Below, in pieces: positions 18,057 through 26,731 of a stretch of DNA of 48,204 bases; positions within the stretch are counted from its first letter, which is position 1, and every line of letters starts with the position of its first letter. The translations under genes and the position numbers were made by a program. The stretch comes from Deltaproteobacteria bacterium. Its GTDB lineage: Bacteria; Desulfobacterota; Desulfomonilia; UBA1062. The stretch spans positions 1 through 48,204 of the forward strand of contig JAKQBR010000178.1 in NCBI GenBank assembly GCA_029574005.1, read 5' to 3'. A model generated the notes under the pieces. The model searched no databases. It saw only the letters and a list, made by a program, of their open reading frames with translations, and was not told where the DNA came from.

Positions 18057-18602
18057 ATGATCGAATTGGCCCTGCATATCCTGGACATCGCCGAGAACTC
18101 GCTCAGGGCCGGGGCGACCCTGGTCGAGATCGAGGTGGTCGAGGACCTCGTTCGTGACCGGCTCACCATCACGATCGTGGACAACGGCCACGGAATGACG
18201 CCCGATGAGGTCGAACGCGCCCTGGACCCCTTCTATACCACCAAGAAGGTCAGGCGCATCGGTCTGGGACTGCCCATGCTGAAACAGGCCTGCCAGATCA
18301 CGGGCGGTTCTTTCAGCATCGAATCGGGGCCTGGGTCGGGCACGCGCATCAGGGCAGAGTTCGTCCATTCCCATATCGATCGCCAACCCTTAGGTGATGT
18401 CCCGGGCGCCATTATCGCCCTGATCCTGGAGAAGCCGGAAGTGGACATCCTCTATACCCATCGCCGTGATGCGGCCGTGTATGTCATGGACACGCGCGAG
18501 GTCCGCGCGGAGCTGGAAGGCATCCCCTTGAATCATCACGAGGTCATCAACCTGATACGTGACAATATCGCCCAAGGCATCCGTGAACTGAGTACGCCAT
18601 GA
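18057..18602 (+). CDS. Stand-alone histidine-kinase-type catalytic (HATPase) domain protein lacking DHp
   Basis: 181 aa. The ATG immediately follows the PHP stop (TGAATG). Boxes are DIAENSLRAGA (N), DNGHGM (G1), FYTTK (F), GLGLPML (G2) and GPGSGT (G3). No phospho-accepting His helix, TM or receiver. Confidence 0.8.
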   Translation: MIELALHILDIAENSLRAGATLVEIEVVEDLVRDRLTITIVDNGHGMTPDEVERALDPFYTTKKVRRIGLGLPMLKQACQITGGSFSIESGPGSGTRIRAEFVHSHIDRQPLGDVPGAIIALILEKPEVDILYTHRRDAAVYVMDTREVRAELEGIPLNHHEVINLIRDNIAQGIRELSTP

Positions 18603-18699
18603 TCCAATAGTTTTCGCTTGCAATTTTCTGGAATGTGTCATTGATAAAAGGCCTCGACGCATTTCGCGCAGCTGCTCAGACAAGAAGGAAGCACGTAAG

Positions 18700-21600
18700 A
18701 TGGAAAAACGCTTGAAGGAACCGATCCGATTGGTAACGGCCACGGCGCTCTTTGACGGCCACGACGCGTCGATCAATATCATACGACGCTTGCTGCAGGA
18801 TGCCGGGGCCGAGGTGATCCACCTGGGGCACAACCGTGGCGTGCAGGAGATCGCGCGGGCCGCGATCCAGGAGGGTGCTCAGGCCATTGCCGTCAGTTCG
18901 TACCAGGGCGGGCATATCGAATTTTTCAAATATCTCATCGATCTACTCGAGGAAAAGGGCTGCGGCTATGTCAAGGTATTCGGCGGCGGCGGCGGGGTGA
19001 TCGTCCCGGACGAGATCAGGGAGCTCGAGGCCTATGGGGTGGCCAAGATCTACTCGCCCCTGGACGGCAAGCGCCTGGGTTTGAAGGGCATGATCGACCA
19101 TATGCTGCACTTGTGCCGCGAGGTGCGCATGCCCGAGGTCAAGGGCGACTTGAGCGCGCTCAAGCGCAAAGATCCGGCCGTGATCGGCCGCCTCATCAAT
19201 CTGGCCGAGCAGCTCAGTCTCGGGGTCAATCAACGCTTCGAGGAGCTCAAACCCATGCTCAAGACGGACAGGCCGGTCCCGGTGGTGGGCATCACCGGCA
19301 CCGGAGGTTCCGGCAAGAGCTCTTTCATCGACGAGCTGGTGCGCAGGTTCCTGAACTTCTATCCGCAGAAGAGCATGGCCATCATCGCGGTGGACCCGTC
19401 ACGCTCCAAAAGCGGAGGCGCGCTGTTGGGAGACCGGATCCGCATGAATGCCATCGAGAACGAGCGCGTCTACATGCGCTCCCTGGCCACCCGCCTCTCG
19501 GCGGATGAACTCTCGGTCGCCACGAAGGATGCCGTGGACGTGGTAAAGGCTGCGGGCTATGATCTCGTCCTGGTGGAAACGAGCGGCATCGGCCAGGACG
19601 ATACGGCCGTTACCCGGATGAGCGACTGCGCCGTCTATGTCATGACCGCCGAGTACGGGGCGCCGTCCCAGCTCGAGAAGATCGACATGCTCGACTATGC
19701 CGACGTGGTGGTCATCAACAAGTTCGAGCAGGAGCGATCCTTTGATGCCCTCAGGGACGTGCGCAAGCAGTTCATGCGCAACCATAACCTGTTCGATCTC
19801 GCCGAGGAGGATCTGCCCGTGTTCGGCACCGTGGCCAGCCGCTACGACGATGCCGGAACGGACCGGGTATTTGCCTACCTCATGCAGCTGCTCAAACACA
19901 AGGGCTTGACGGAATGGGACGTGCCGGAGGCACCGGCCGAGGCGGCGCGGACACCGCGTCGCTCCATCGTGCCGCCGGGCAGGGACCAGTACCTGCGCTC
20001 GATCGCCCAGGCCGTGCGGTCCTACCATGCGCATACAGAACGGACCGCTGGGAAGATCAGGGCCCTGGCCGTGCTCAAGGCCGAGTTCAAAGACAGCGAA
20101 GGACAGGAAAAGGATGCCCTGCAACGCAGGATCCAGAGGCTGGAGCAGCTGATCAGTCCGGAAGACCGCAAGCTGAACGAGTCCTGGCTCAGGGAGAAAA
20201 AGCGCTACCAGGCCAAGACCTTCAGCTACGAGGTGCGTGGAAAGGAGATCCGCGTGCCCCTGGCCGCCACCTCGCTGTGCGGATTGGAGATCCCGCGGGT
20301 GGCGCTGCCCGATTACCACGATGAAGGCGAGATCTACCGCTTCAAGCGCAAGGAAAACCTTCCCGGGCAGTTCCCTTACACCGCCGGGGTATTTCCCTTC
20401 AAACGCGACTGGGAAGACCCCAAGCGACAGTTCGCGGGCGAAGGCACGCCGGAGCGCACCAACAAGCGCTTCCACTACCTGTGCCGCAATGACGAAGCCA
20501 AGCGCCTTTCGACCGCCTTTGACAGCGTGACGCTCTACGGCGAGGACCCGCACGAGCGCCCGGACATCTTCGGCAAGATCGGCGAGAGCGGGGTGAGTGT
20601 ATGCACCGTGGAGGACATGGCCAAGCTCTATGCCGGTTTCGACCTGTGCTCGCCCATGACCAGCGTATCCATGACCATCAACGGACCGGCACCCATCATG
20701 GCCGCCATGTTCTTCAATACCGCCATCAATCAGCAACTAGAAAAGTTCCGGCAGGAAAAAAGGCGTGATCCCGACGATGCCGAACGCGCCGCGATCGAGG
20801 CCTGGGTGCTCGCGAATGTGCGCGGCACGGTCCAGGCCGATATCCTCAAGGAGGACCAGGGTCAGAACACGTGCATCTTCAGCACCGAGTTCGCGCTGAA
20901 GATGATGGGCGACATCCAGGAGTTCTTCATTAAAAACCATGTGAACAACTTCTATTCCGTAAGCATCAGCGGCTACCATATCGCCGAGGCCGGGGCCAAT
21001 CCCGTGAGCCAGCTGGCCTTCACCCTGGCCAACGGATTCACCTATGTGGAGTACTATCGGTCGCGCGGCATGGATGTGAATGAGTTCGCGAAGAACTTCT
21101 CGTTCTTCTTCAGTAGCGGCATGGACGCGGAATACAGCGTGCTGGGCCGCGTTGCGCGCCGCATCTGGGCCATTGCCATGCGCGACCTGTATCAGGCCGA
21201 TGAAAGGGCGCAGATGCTCAAGTACCATATCCAGACCTCGGGCCGGTCGCTGCACAGCATGGAGATCCAGTTCAACGATATCCGCACCACGTTGCAGGCC
21301 CTGACGGCCCTGAACGACAACTGCAACTCCTTGCACACCAACGCCTATGACGAGGCCATCACCACGCCCACCGAGGAATCGGTGCGCCGCGCCATGGCCA
21401 TCCAGCTGATCATCAACCGCGAATTCGGACTGAGCAAAAACGAGAACCAGCTCCAGGGCTCGTACTTCATGGAATGGTTGACCGACGCCGTTGAGGAGGC
21501 GGTGCTGCAGGAGTTCGAGCGCCTGAGCGAGCGCAAGGGGGTGCTGGGCGCCATGGAGGTGCATTACCAGCGCGCCAAGATCCAGCAGGAATCGCTCTAC

Positions 21601-21927
21601 TACGAGCACCTCAAGCACAGCGGCAAGCTGCCCATCATCGGGGTCAACACCTATGAGAACCCGGACGCCGTGGAACAGCCGGCCGGGGGCTGCATCCCGC
21701 TGACGCGCGCCACGCCGGAGGAGAAGATGGCGCAGCTCACTAACCTGCGCGCCTTCCAGGAGCGCAACCGTCACCAGGCTCAAGCAGCGCTCAAGCGCCT
21801 GAAAGATGTGGCCTTGAGCGGCGCCAACATCTTCGAAGAGCTTATGCAGACCGTCAAGGTAGCCAGCCTCGGACAGATCACGGCCGCGCTGTATGAAATC
21901 GGCGGCCGCTACCGGAGGAATATGTGA
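18700..21927 (+). CDS. icmF: Fused isobutyryl-CoA mutase (B12-binding domain + MeaB-like GTPase + mutase barrel)
   Basis: 1075 aa in three parts. The N-terminal B12 Rossmann domain has TALFDGHDASINIIRR. The central G-domain has the GITGTGGSGKSS P-loop, ETSGIGQ and INKFEQ. The C-terminal mutase domain has FPYTAGVFPFKR, ILKEDQGQNTCIF and ISGYHIAEAGA. Confidence 0.9.
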   Translation: MEKRLKEPIRLVTATALFDGHDASINIIRRLLQDAGAEVIHLGHNRGVQEIARAAIQEGAQAIAVSSYQGGHIEFFKYLIDLLEEKGCGYVKVFGGGGGVIVPDEIRELEAYGVAKIYSPLDGKRLGLKGMIDHMLHLCREVRMPEVKGDLSALKRKDPAVIGRLINLAEQLSLGVNQRFEELKPMLKTDRPVPVVGITGTGGSGKSSFIDELVRRFLNFYPQKSMAIIAVDPSRSKSGGALLGDRIRMNAIENERVYMRSLATRLSADELSVATKDAVDVVKAAGYDLVLVETSGIGQDDTAVTRMSDCAVYVMTAEYGAPSQLEKIDMLDYADVVVINKFEQERSFDALRDVRKQFMRNHNLFDLAEEDLPVFGTVASRYDDAGTDRVFAYLMQLLKHKGLTEWDVPEAPAEAARTPRRSIVPPGRDQYLRSIAQAVRSYHAHTERTAGKIRALAVLKAEFKDSEGQEKDALQRRIQRLEQLISPEDRKLNESWLREKKRYQAKTFSYEVRGKEIRVPLAATSLCGLEIPRVALPDYHDEGEIYRFKRKENLPGQFPYTAGVFPFKRDWEDPKRQFAGEGTPERTNKRFHYLCRNDEAKRLSTAFDSVTLYGEDPHERPDIFGKIGESGVSVCTVEDMAKLYAGFDLCSPMTSVSMTINGPAPIMAAMFFNTAINQQLEKFRQEKRRDPDDAERAAIEAWVLANVRGTVQADILKEDQGQNTCIFSTEFALKMMGDIQEFFIKNHVNNFYSVSISGYHIAEAGANPVSQLAFTLANGFTYVEYYRSRGMDVNEFAKNFSFFFSSGMDAEYSVLGRVARRIWAIAMRDLYQADERAQMLKYHIQTSGRSLHSMEIQFNDIRTTLQALTALNDNCNSLHTNAYDEAITTPTEESVRRAMAIQLIINREFGLSKNENQLQGSYFMEWLTDAVEEAVLQEFERLSERKGVLGAMEVHYQRAKIQQESLYYEHLKHSGKLPIIGVNTYENPDAVEQPAGGCIPLTRATPEEKMAQLTNLRAFQERNRHQAQAALKRLKDVALSGANIFEELMQTVKVASLGQITAALYEIGGRYRRNM

Positions 21928-22457
21928 GCGATCTAGGGCGGGGCTATGTCCATATCTATACCGGCAACGGCAAAGGCAAGACCACGGCCGCCCTGGGATT
22001 GGCCCTCAGGGCGGCGGGCAGAGGTCTCAAGACCATCATGATCCAGTTCATGAAAGGGCAGTTCTATGGTGAACTGGAAGGGGTCAAGCATCTCTCCGGA
22101 CTCGTCTGCATCGAGCAGTACGGCCACCCGCAATTCTGCCGCTTCACCGATCCACCCGACAAGGCGGATGTAGAGCGGGCGCGGGCGGCCCTGGCCCGCA
22201 TGCAAGCGATTTCAGCCGCGCGCTCCTGCGATATCCTGATCGGGGACGAGGCCGTCACGGCCATGCTGTTCAACCTCATCTCCGAAGACGATCTCTTGGC
22301 GCTCATGGCCGGCAGACCTCGGGCCCAGGAACTGATCCTGACCGGCCGGGGCGCAACGCAAAGGCTGATCGAGGCGGCGGACCTCGTCACCGAGATGCAG
22401 GATATCAAGCATTACTATGCCCAAGGCATACCGGCCCGTGAAGGCATCGAGAACTAG
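21924..22457 (+). CDS. cobO: ATP:cob(I)alamin adenosyltransferase, CobA/CobO/BtuR type
   Basis: 177 aa. The GTG start overlaps the icmF stop (GTGA at 21924-21927). P-loop YTGNGKGKTTAALG. Confidence 0.85.
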   Translation: MSDLGRGYVHIYTGNGKGKTTAALGLALRAAGRGLKTIMIQFMKGQFYGELEGVKHLSGLVCIEQYGHPQFCRFTDPPDKADVERARAALARMQAISAARSCDILIGDEAVTAMLFNLISEDDLLALMAGRPRAQELILTGRGATQRLIEAADLVTEMQDIKHYYAQGIPAREGIEN

Positions 22458-22474
22458 GATGATCTCGCGCGGTA

Positions 22475-22515
22475 GAATTAAATTTCCCTCCGGAGGGAAA
22501 TTAAATTCTCTTTTT
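22475..22515 (+). terminator. Rho-independent terminator closing the carbonic anhydrase-to-cobO gene run
   Basis: GAATTAAATTTCCCTCC / GGAGGGAAATTAAATTC form a ~15-bp stem with one A-A mismatch, followed by TCTTTTTC. It lies 18 nt after the cobO stop. Confidence 0.8.
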
Positions 22516-22537
22516 CTGTGGCCCGACCTCAGCGACG

Positions 22538-23071
22538 TTATCCCCTTATCTTGAGCACGAACGGCATATCCGACTTAGCCAGCGTGATGATATGGTAAGG
22601 TACGGTAAGGCTGTCGGTGACGATATCATCAGGGCCCGGGCGGATCTTTCTGACCTCTACGCTCACCTCACCCCCGGCAGCGGTGAGGGCCTCGATACAG
22701 AGCGCATAGCCGCCGCTGGGCTCAACCGTATCAACCACCGCAATGAGCATGTCCTGCGAAAAGTCGATCTCGGGTAGGGGGGGCTGGGGGAAGAAGATGG
22801 CGGCATGTTTCGTCCAGAACCGCTCGAGCTCTTCACGGGTGCGGATGACAAAGAGCCCCGGCTCATCCAGGGCGTACTCATCGATCAGAAAGCCGCTCTC
22901 CACACCCTTTCCATAGGTATCGAAGCTGATCGAACACGCGGAACTATAGGGGCTTGCATCCGACTGTTCTGTCCCGGAGCCGCTGCTCGACGAGTTACAG
23001 GCGACGAGGATGCTTGCGGTCGCAACCAGCATCAATAGGGCGATGGAGCTCACATATCTTTGCATCGGCAT
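22538..23071 (-). CDS. Lipoprotein, PrcB-C-terminal-like domain (tentative)
   Basis: The track gives 22538-23107. I prefer ATG 23071 (AAAGGAA upstream). MPMQRYVSSIALLMLVATASILVAC reads as a signal peptide plus lipobox. The mature part (FVIRTREELERFWTKH...PEIDFSQDMLIAVVDTVEPSGGYALCIE) resembles PrcB-type domains from memory only. Confidence 0.65.
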   Translation of the reverse strand: MPMQRYVSSIALLMLVATASILVACNSSSSGSGTEQSDASPYSSACSISFDTYGKGVESGFLIDEYALDEPGLFVIRTREELERFWTKHAAIFFPQPPLPEIDFSQDMLIAVVDTVEPSGGYALCIEALTAAGGEVSVEVRKIRPGPDDIVTDSLTVPYHIITLAKSDMPFVLKIRG

Positions 23072-23279
23072 AGCGTTTCCTTTCATGCGCAAGGGTGTGT
23101 GTGGCATATGGTTCCTGAAAGCAATAAGCGTGCCTGAGGGTTTTAAGACACCGGTGGCTCGGCAAGAAGGCGTTCAACGACCTCACGTGCGGTCGGGTGC
23201 CGCGACAACCACGATCACGATAAAGAAAAGGGGACGAAGTAACGATACGACAAGATAACGAAGGGGTGCGGTCATAGTC

Positions 23280-24134
23280 ATGGAAGCGAATCTTACTCTG
23301 AAAGGCATCATTGAGCAGGAACTCGGCCGCAAAGAGATTGAACTGCCCATCATCGATTTCATCGCGAACAATCTGGGCCAGCTCATCAGCAAGGATGACG
23401 TCGATTTCAATAAATTGGCCAAGGTGATTGAAAAGGACCCGGCGCTCACGGTCAAGGTCATGAACCTGGCGAACTCCGCTTTTTATGCCGGTCTGGTAAA
23501 AACCAAGAGCGTGGACCGCGCCATCGCCCGCGTGGGTCTTCTGGCCATCCGCAGCTTCCTGATGACGGTTTCCATGAGAGACGTCTTTACAGGCGGGACC
23601 CATTTCCAGGAGCTCTTCCGCTTGAACTGGCACCACAGCCTGGGATGTGCCATCTGCTGCAAGCACATCGCCGAGCATCTCGGGCTTCGCGCCCTTGCCG
23701 AGGATGCCTACCTGCTCGGGCTGCTGCACGATATCGGCACGGTTTCAATCCTTCACGCCCTGTCCAAGGCCACGGAGAAGCTCGAAGGCACCAATGAACT
23801 GAGCGGCGCCGTGGTTACTGAGGCCATCGGGGCGCTGCATGCCGCAGCCGGCTCAAGGATCCTCTCCAAACTCAAATTTGAGGAACGCTTCTGCCGCATC
23901 GTTTCGCTGCACAACAATCCGGAAAAGTATCCTGAAAAGGACGACCCGCTTTTCAACATCCTTTTCATATCCAACATGCTGCTCAAAAAGATCGGCCTTG
24001 ACCTTGAGCCGGACCCCGACGTGTCCATCATGGACCTCGCGCAGAACGAAAGGCTCGCGCTGGATGTCATGTTCATGCAGATGCTCGAAGCGGATCTCAA
24101 GAACCTGATCCTGAATATGGAAGGCCTGCTTTAA
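23280..24134 (+). CDS. HDOD-domain signalling protein
   Basis: 284 aa with HDOD-type blocks LAKVIEKDPALTVKVMNLANSAFYAG, WHHSLGCA and LLHDIG. It has no other domain. Confidence 0.85.
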   Translation: MEANLTLKGIIEQELGRKEIELPIIDFIANNLGQLISKDDVDFNKLAKVIEKDPALTVKVMNLANSAFYAGLVKTKSVDRAIARVGLLAIRSFLMTVSMRDVFTGGTHFQELFRLNWHHSLGCAICCKHIAEHLGLRALAEDAYLLGLLHDIGTVSILHALSKATEKLEGTNELSGAVVTEAIGALHAAAGSRILSKLKFEERFCRIVSLHNNPEKYPEKDDPLFNILFISNMLLKKIGLDLEPDPDVSIMDLAQNERLALDVMFMQMLEADLKNLILNMEGLL

Positions 24135-25063
24135 GGCAAGGGGTATCGATCTTTCAGGAACGAGTCCAAGGCCTGGTACGCGCCCTCTCGGTCATAGAAG
24201 CATGACGGGTCGTAGTGCGAGCGATTCCAGGTGAGCTGCCTCTTGGCGTAATGGCGTGTGTCACGTTGTATGAGCTGGGTGGCCGCGTCCAGGGATATCT
24301 CGGCGTCGAGATAGGCTATGACATGCCGGTAAGCGAGGGCCTTCATGGGCGAGAGGTCCCGTGAGTATCCTATATCCAAGAGCCGCCGGGTTTCCTGGAC
24401 CAGACCGTTTTCAAACATGGAGATCACGCGGGCATCGATGGCGGCGTACAGGGCGTCGCGTTCCGGGGCGAGGCAGAATACCCTGGCATTCAAAGCGGGG
24501 CGGGAAAATCCATGACGCGCATGGAGGGCGCTGGGCGCCTTTCCGCTCAAGAATATGATCTCAAGATAGCGGATCAGGCGGGCGGCGTCAAAGGGCGACA
24601 CGTTGTCGGCCGTGGGCGGGTCAAGGCGCGCCAGGTAGTCCCACAGACGCCGAGTCCCTTTATCCGCGGCGATATCCCTCAAGGTCCTGCGCAGGGTTTC
24701 CGAACGCGGGGGGGCCTGGCAGAGGCCATAGAGCAGGGCCTTGATATACAGGCCCGTGCCGCCGACGACCAGCGGTATGCCGCCCCTAGAACGGACGAGG
24801 GTGATTGCTTCCAGGGCCAGGGCCGTGAAGCTGCCGGCGTCGAAGGACTCATCGGGATTGCGTATGTCCAGCAGATGATGAGGCAAACGCCTGCGCTCGA
24901 GATGCGTCGGTTTGGCGGTGGCGATGTCCATGCCCCGATAGACCTGCATGGAGTCGGCCGAGATGACCTCCACGGGGTGATCACGGGACAGGCGCAAGGC
25001 CAGGTCCGTCTTACCGCACCCGGTAGGACCGGTGATGACGATCAGGGGCGCCGGCCGATCCAC
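24131..25063 (-). CDS. miaA: tRNA dimethylallyltransferase
   Basis: 310 aa. P-loop VITGPTGCGKTDLA, DSMQVYRGMDIATAKP and GGTGLYIKALL. Confidence 0.95.
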   Translation of the reverse strand: MDRPAPLIVITGPTGCGKTDLALRLSRDHPVEVISADSMQVYRGMDIATAKPTHLERRRLPHHLLDIRNPDESFDAGSFTALALEAITLVRSRGGIPLVVGGTGLYIKALLYGLCQAPPRSETLRRTLRDIAADKGTRRLWDYLARLDPPTADNVSPFDAARLIRYLEIIFLSGKAPSALHARHGFSRPALNARVFCLAPERDALYAAIDARVISMFENGLVQETRRLLDIGYSRDLSPMKALAYRHVIAYLDAEISLDAATQLIQRDTRHYAKRQLTWNRSHYDPSCFYDREGAYQALDSFLKDRYPLP

Positions 25064-26727
25064 CGGGCAATCTCCTCCAAAGTGATCTCCTTATAGATGG
25101 GCCGACCGTGCGGGCAGGTGGTGGGCGCACCGGCCTGATCGAGCCGTTCGAGCAGGGACGTGATCTCGGGCACGGTGAGACGCCGGCCGGAACGCAGGCT
25201 CTTGTGACAGGCCATCGAGGCCAGGATCTCTTCGCGGGGATCGACCGGATGCTTGACGCCGACATCGTGGAGCAGGGTCAGGATAAGGTCGTTGATGTCG
25301 GCCCGGCTCAAGGCCGCAGGGACGGAGCGCACGGCAATGCTGCCCGACCCGAACGGTTCGCAATCGATCCCTGATGCGGCAAGGGTGGCAGCCGCCTGTT
25401 CAAACACGGCGTATTCTCCGGGGCTCACGTCGATCAGAAGCGGGTGCAGCAGCATCTGGACATGGTTTCTATCGGCCCCGCTCTTCAACTGCTCGTAGAT
25501 GACGCGCTCATGGGCCGCGTGCTGATCGAGGATATAGAGCGAAGCGTCGTCTTCCAGAAGGATATACGTGTCTTTCAGGGTGCCGATGATGGACAGGCCG
25601 GAATAAAAGCCGTTCGCCGGCGCGCGGTAATCCGTCTGGACGGTCTGCACGGCCCTCTTTGCCGGTTGATTCTGCGCCGGCGACGGGTAGCAAAAGCCGC
25701 TCGTGGATGGCGCCTCCGCGGTAGAGGAGCGAGGGGCCTTGGGCCTTTGCAGGGCTTCACGGACTGCGGCGGCGATGAGCCCGAAGACGCGCCCCTGGTT
25801 CTGGAATCGCACCTCGGCCTTGGCCGGGTGCACGTTGACATCCACCTCGGCCGGGTCGATGTCGACGAAGAGAACCGCCACCGGGTGGCGATTGCGCATC
25901 AGAAGTCCGCGATAGCCTTCGCTCACCGCGGCGCTCAAGGTGGCGTCCCGCACGGCGCGCCTGTTGACGAAGCACAGGATGCCCGAACGCAGCGCGCGGT
26001 TGATCTCGGGCGGAGCCAGCATGCCATGCACACAGATACCGGACTCTTTTCGGGCAAAGGCGATCATCGCGGACTTGAAGTCGGCTCCCAAGAGCATGCC
26101 GAGGCGCTGGGGCAGATCCATGCCGGAGGCGAGCCGCATCATCGTGCGGCCGTCAGAGGAGACCTTGAAGCTGACACCGGCATACGCCAGGGCATAGCGG
26201 GTGATGATGTCGAGGATATTCTTCTGCTCCGTGGCCGAGGTCTTGAGAAATTTCTTGCGCGCCGGGGTATTGAAGAAGAGGTCGCGGATCTCCACGATGG
26301 TGCCTTCGGGCATGGCGCGTCTGCCGTGTTCACGAAGATCGCCGCCCTCCAGGACGAGAAAACTCCCGTGGGGGGTATCCGCGGTGCGCGAGGCGATCGT
26401 CATCCGGCTTACCGCGGCAATGCTGGGCAGGGCCTCTCCCCGAAACCCCAGCGTCTGGATGGCGAAGAGGTCCTCGGGTGCTTTGAGTTTGCTGGTGGCA
26501 TGCCGCTGGATCGCCAGCGCTAGGTCGTCTTCATCCATGCCGCGGCCGTTGTCCACGATGCTGATCAGGCCGATCCCGGAACCTTCGATGGAGATGGTGA
26601 TGCTGGTTGCCTGGGCGTCGATGGCATTCTCGATCAACTCCTTGACCACCGAGGCCGGACGTTCGATGACCTCGCCGGCGGCGATCCGGTCGATCAGGTC
26701 CTTTGAGAGCTGACGGACGGCGCCCAA
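25042..26727 (-). CDS. mutL: DNA mismatch repair protein MutL
   Basis: 561 aa. TTG start 4 nt after the pgi stop. Motifs IAAGEVIERPASVVKELIENAIDA, DNGRGM and a C-terminal CPHGRP motif. Overlaps the miaA start by 22 nt. Confidence 0.95.
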   Translation of the reverse strand: MGAVRQLSKDLIDRIAAGEVIERPASVVKELIENAIDAQATSITISIEGSGIGLISIVDNGRGMDEDDLALAIQRHATSKLKAPEDLFAIQTLGFRGEALPSIAAVSRMTIASRTADTPHGSFLVLEGGDLREHGRRAMPEGTIVEIRDLFFNTPARKKFLKTSATEQKNILDIITRYALAYAGVSFKVSSDGRTMMRLASGMDLPQRLGMLLGADFKSAMIAFARKESGICVHGMLAPPEINRALRSGILCFVNRRAVRDATLSAAVSEGYRGLLMRNRHPVAVLFVDIDPAEVDVNVHPAKAEVRFQNQGRVFGLIAAAVREALQRPKAPRSSTAEAPSTSGFCYPSPAQNQPAKRAVQTVQTDYRAPANGFYSGLSIIGTLKDTYILLEDDASLYILDQHAAHERVIYEQLKSGADRNHVQMLLHPLLIDVSPGEYAVFEQAAATLAASGIDCEPFGSGSIAVRSVPAALSRADINDLILTLLHDVGVKHPVDPREEILASMACHKSLRSGRRLTVPEITSLLERLDQAGAPTTCPHGRPIYKEITLEEIARWIGRRP

Positions 26728-26731
26728 GGCA

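Noticed and set aside
18603-18699. Cobalamin riboswitch upstream of icmF
   Set aside because: The gap is only 97 nt, which is too short for a B12 aptamer plus expression platform, and no B12-box-like sequence was seen.
19399-21783. Two long minus-strand ORFs (445 and 348 aa) opposite icmF
   Set aside because: Both are shadow frames. The icmF frame has unmistakable B12, GTPase and mutase motifs, while the antisense products have none.
22995-23729. 244-aa minus-strand ORF overlapping the HDOD gene and its upstream region
   Set aside because: It overlaps the well-supported HDOD frame and the lipoprotein start, and no family signal is present.
25444-26523. 359-aa plus-strand ORF opposite mutL
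   Set aside because: It is antisense to a motif-rich mutL frame. The product is Arg/Gly/Asp-rich and low-complexity.
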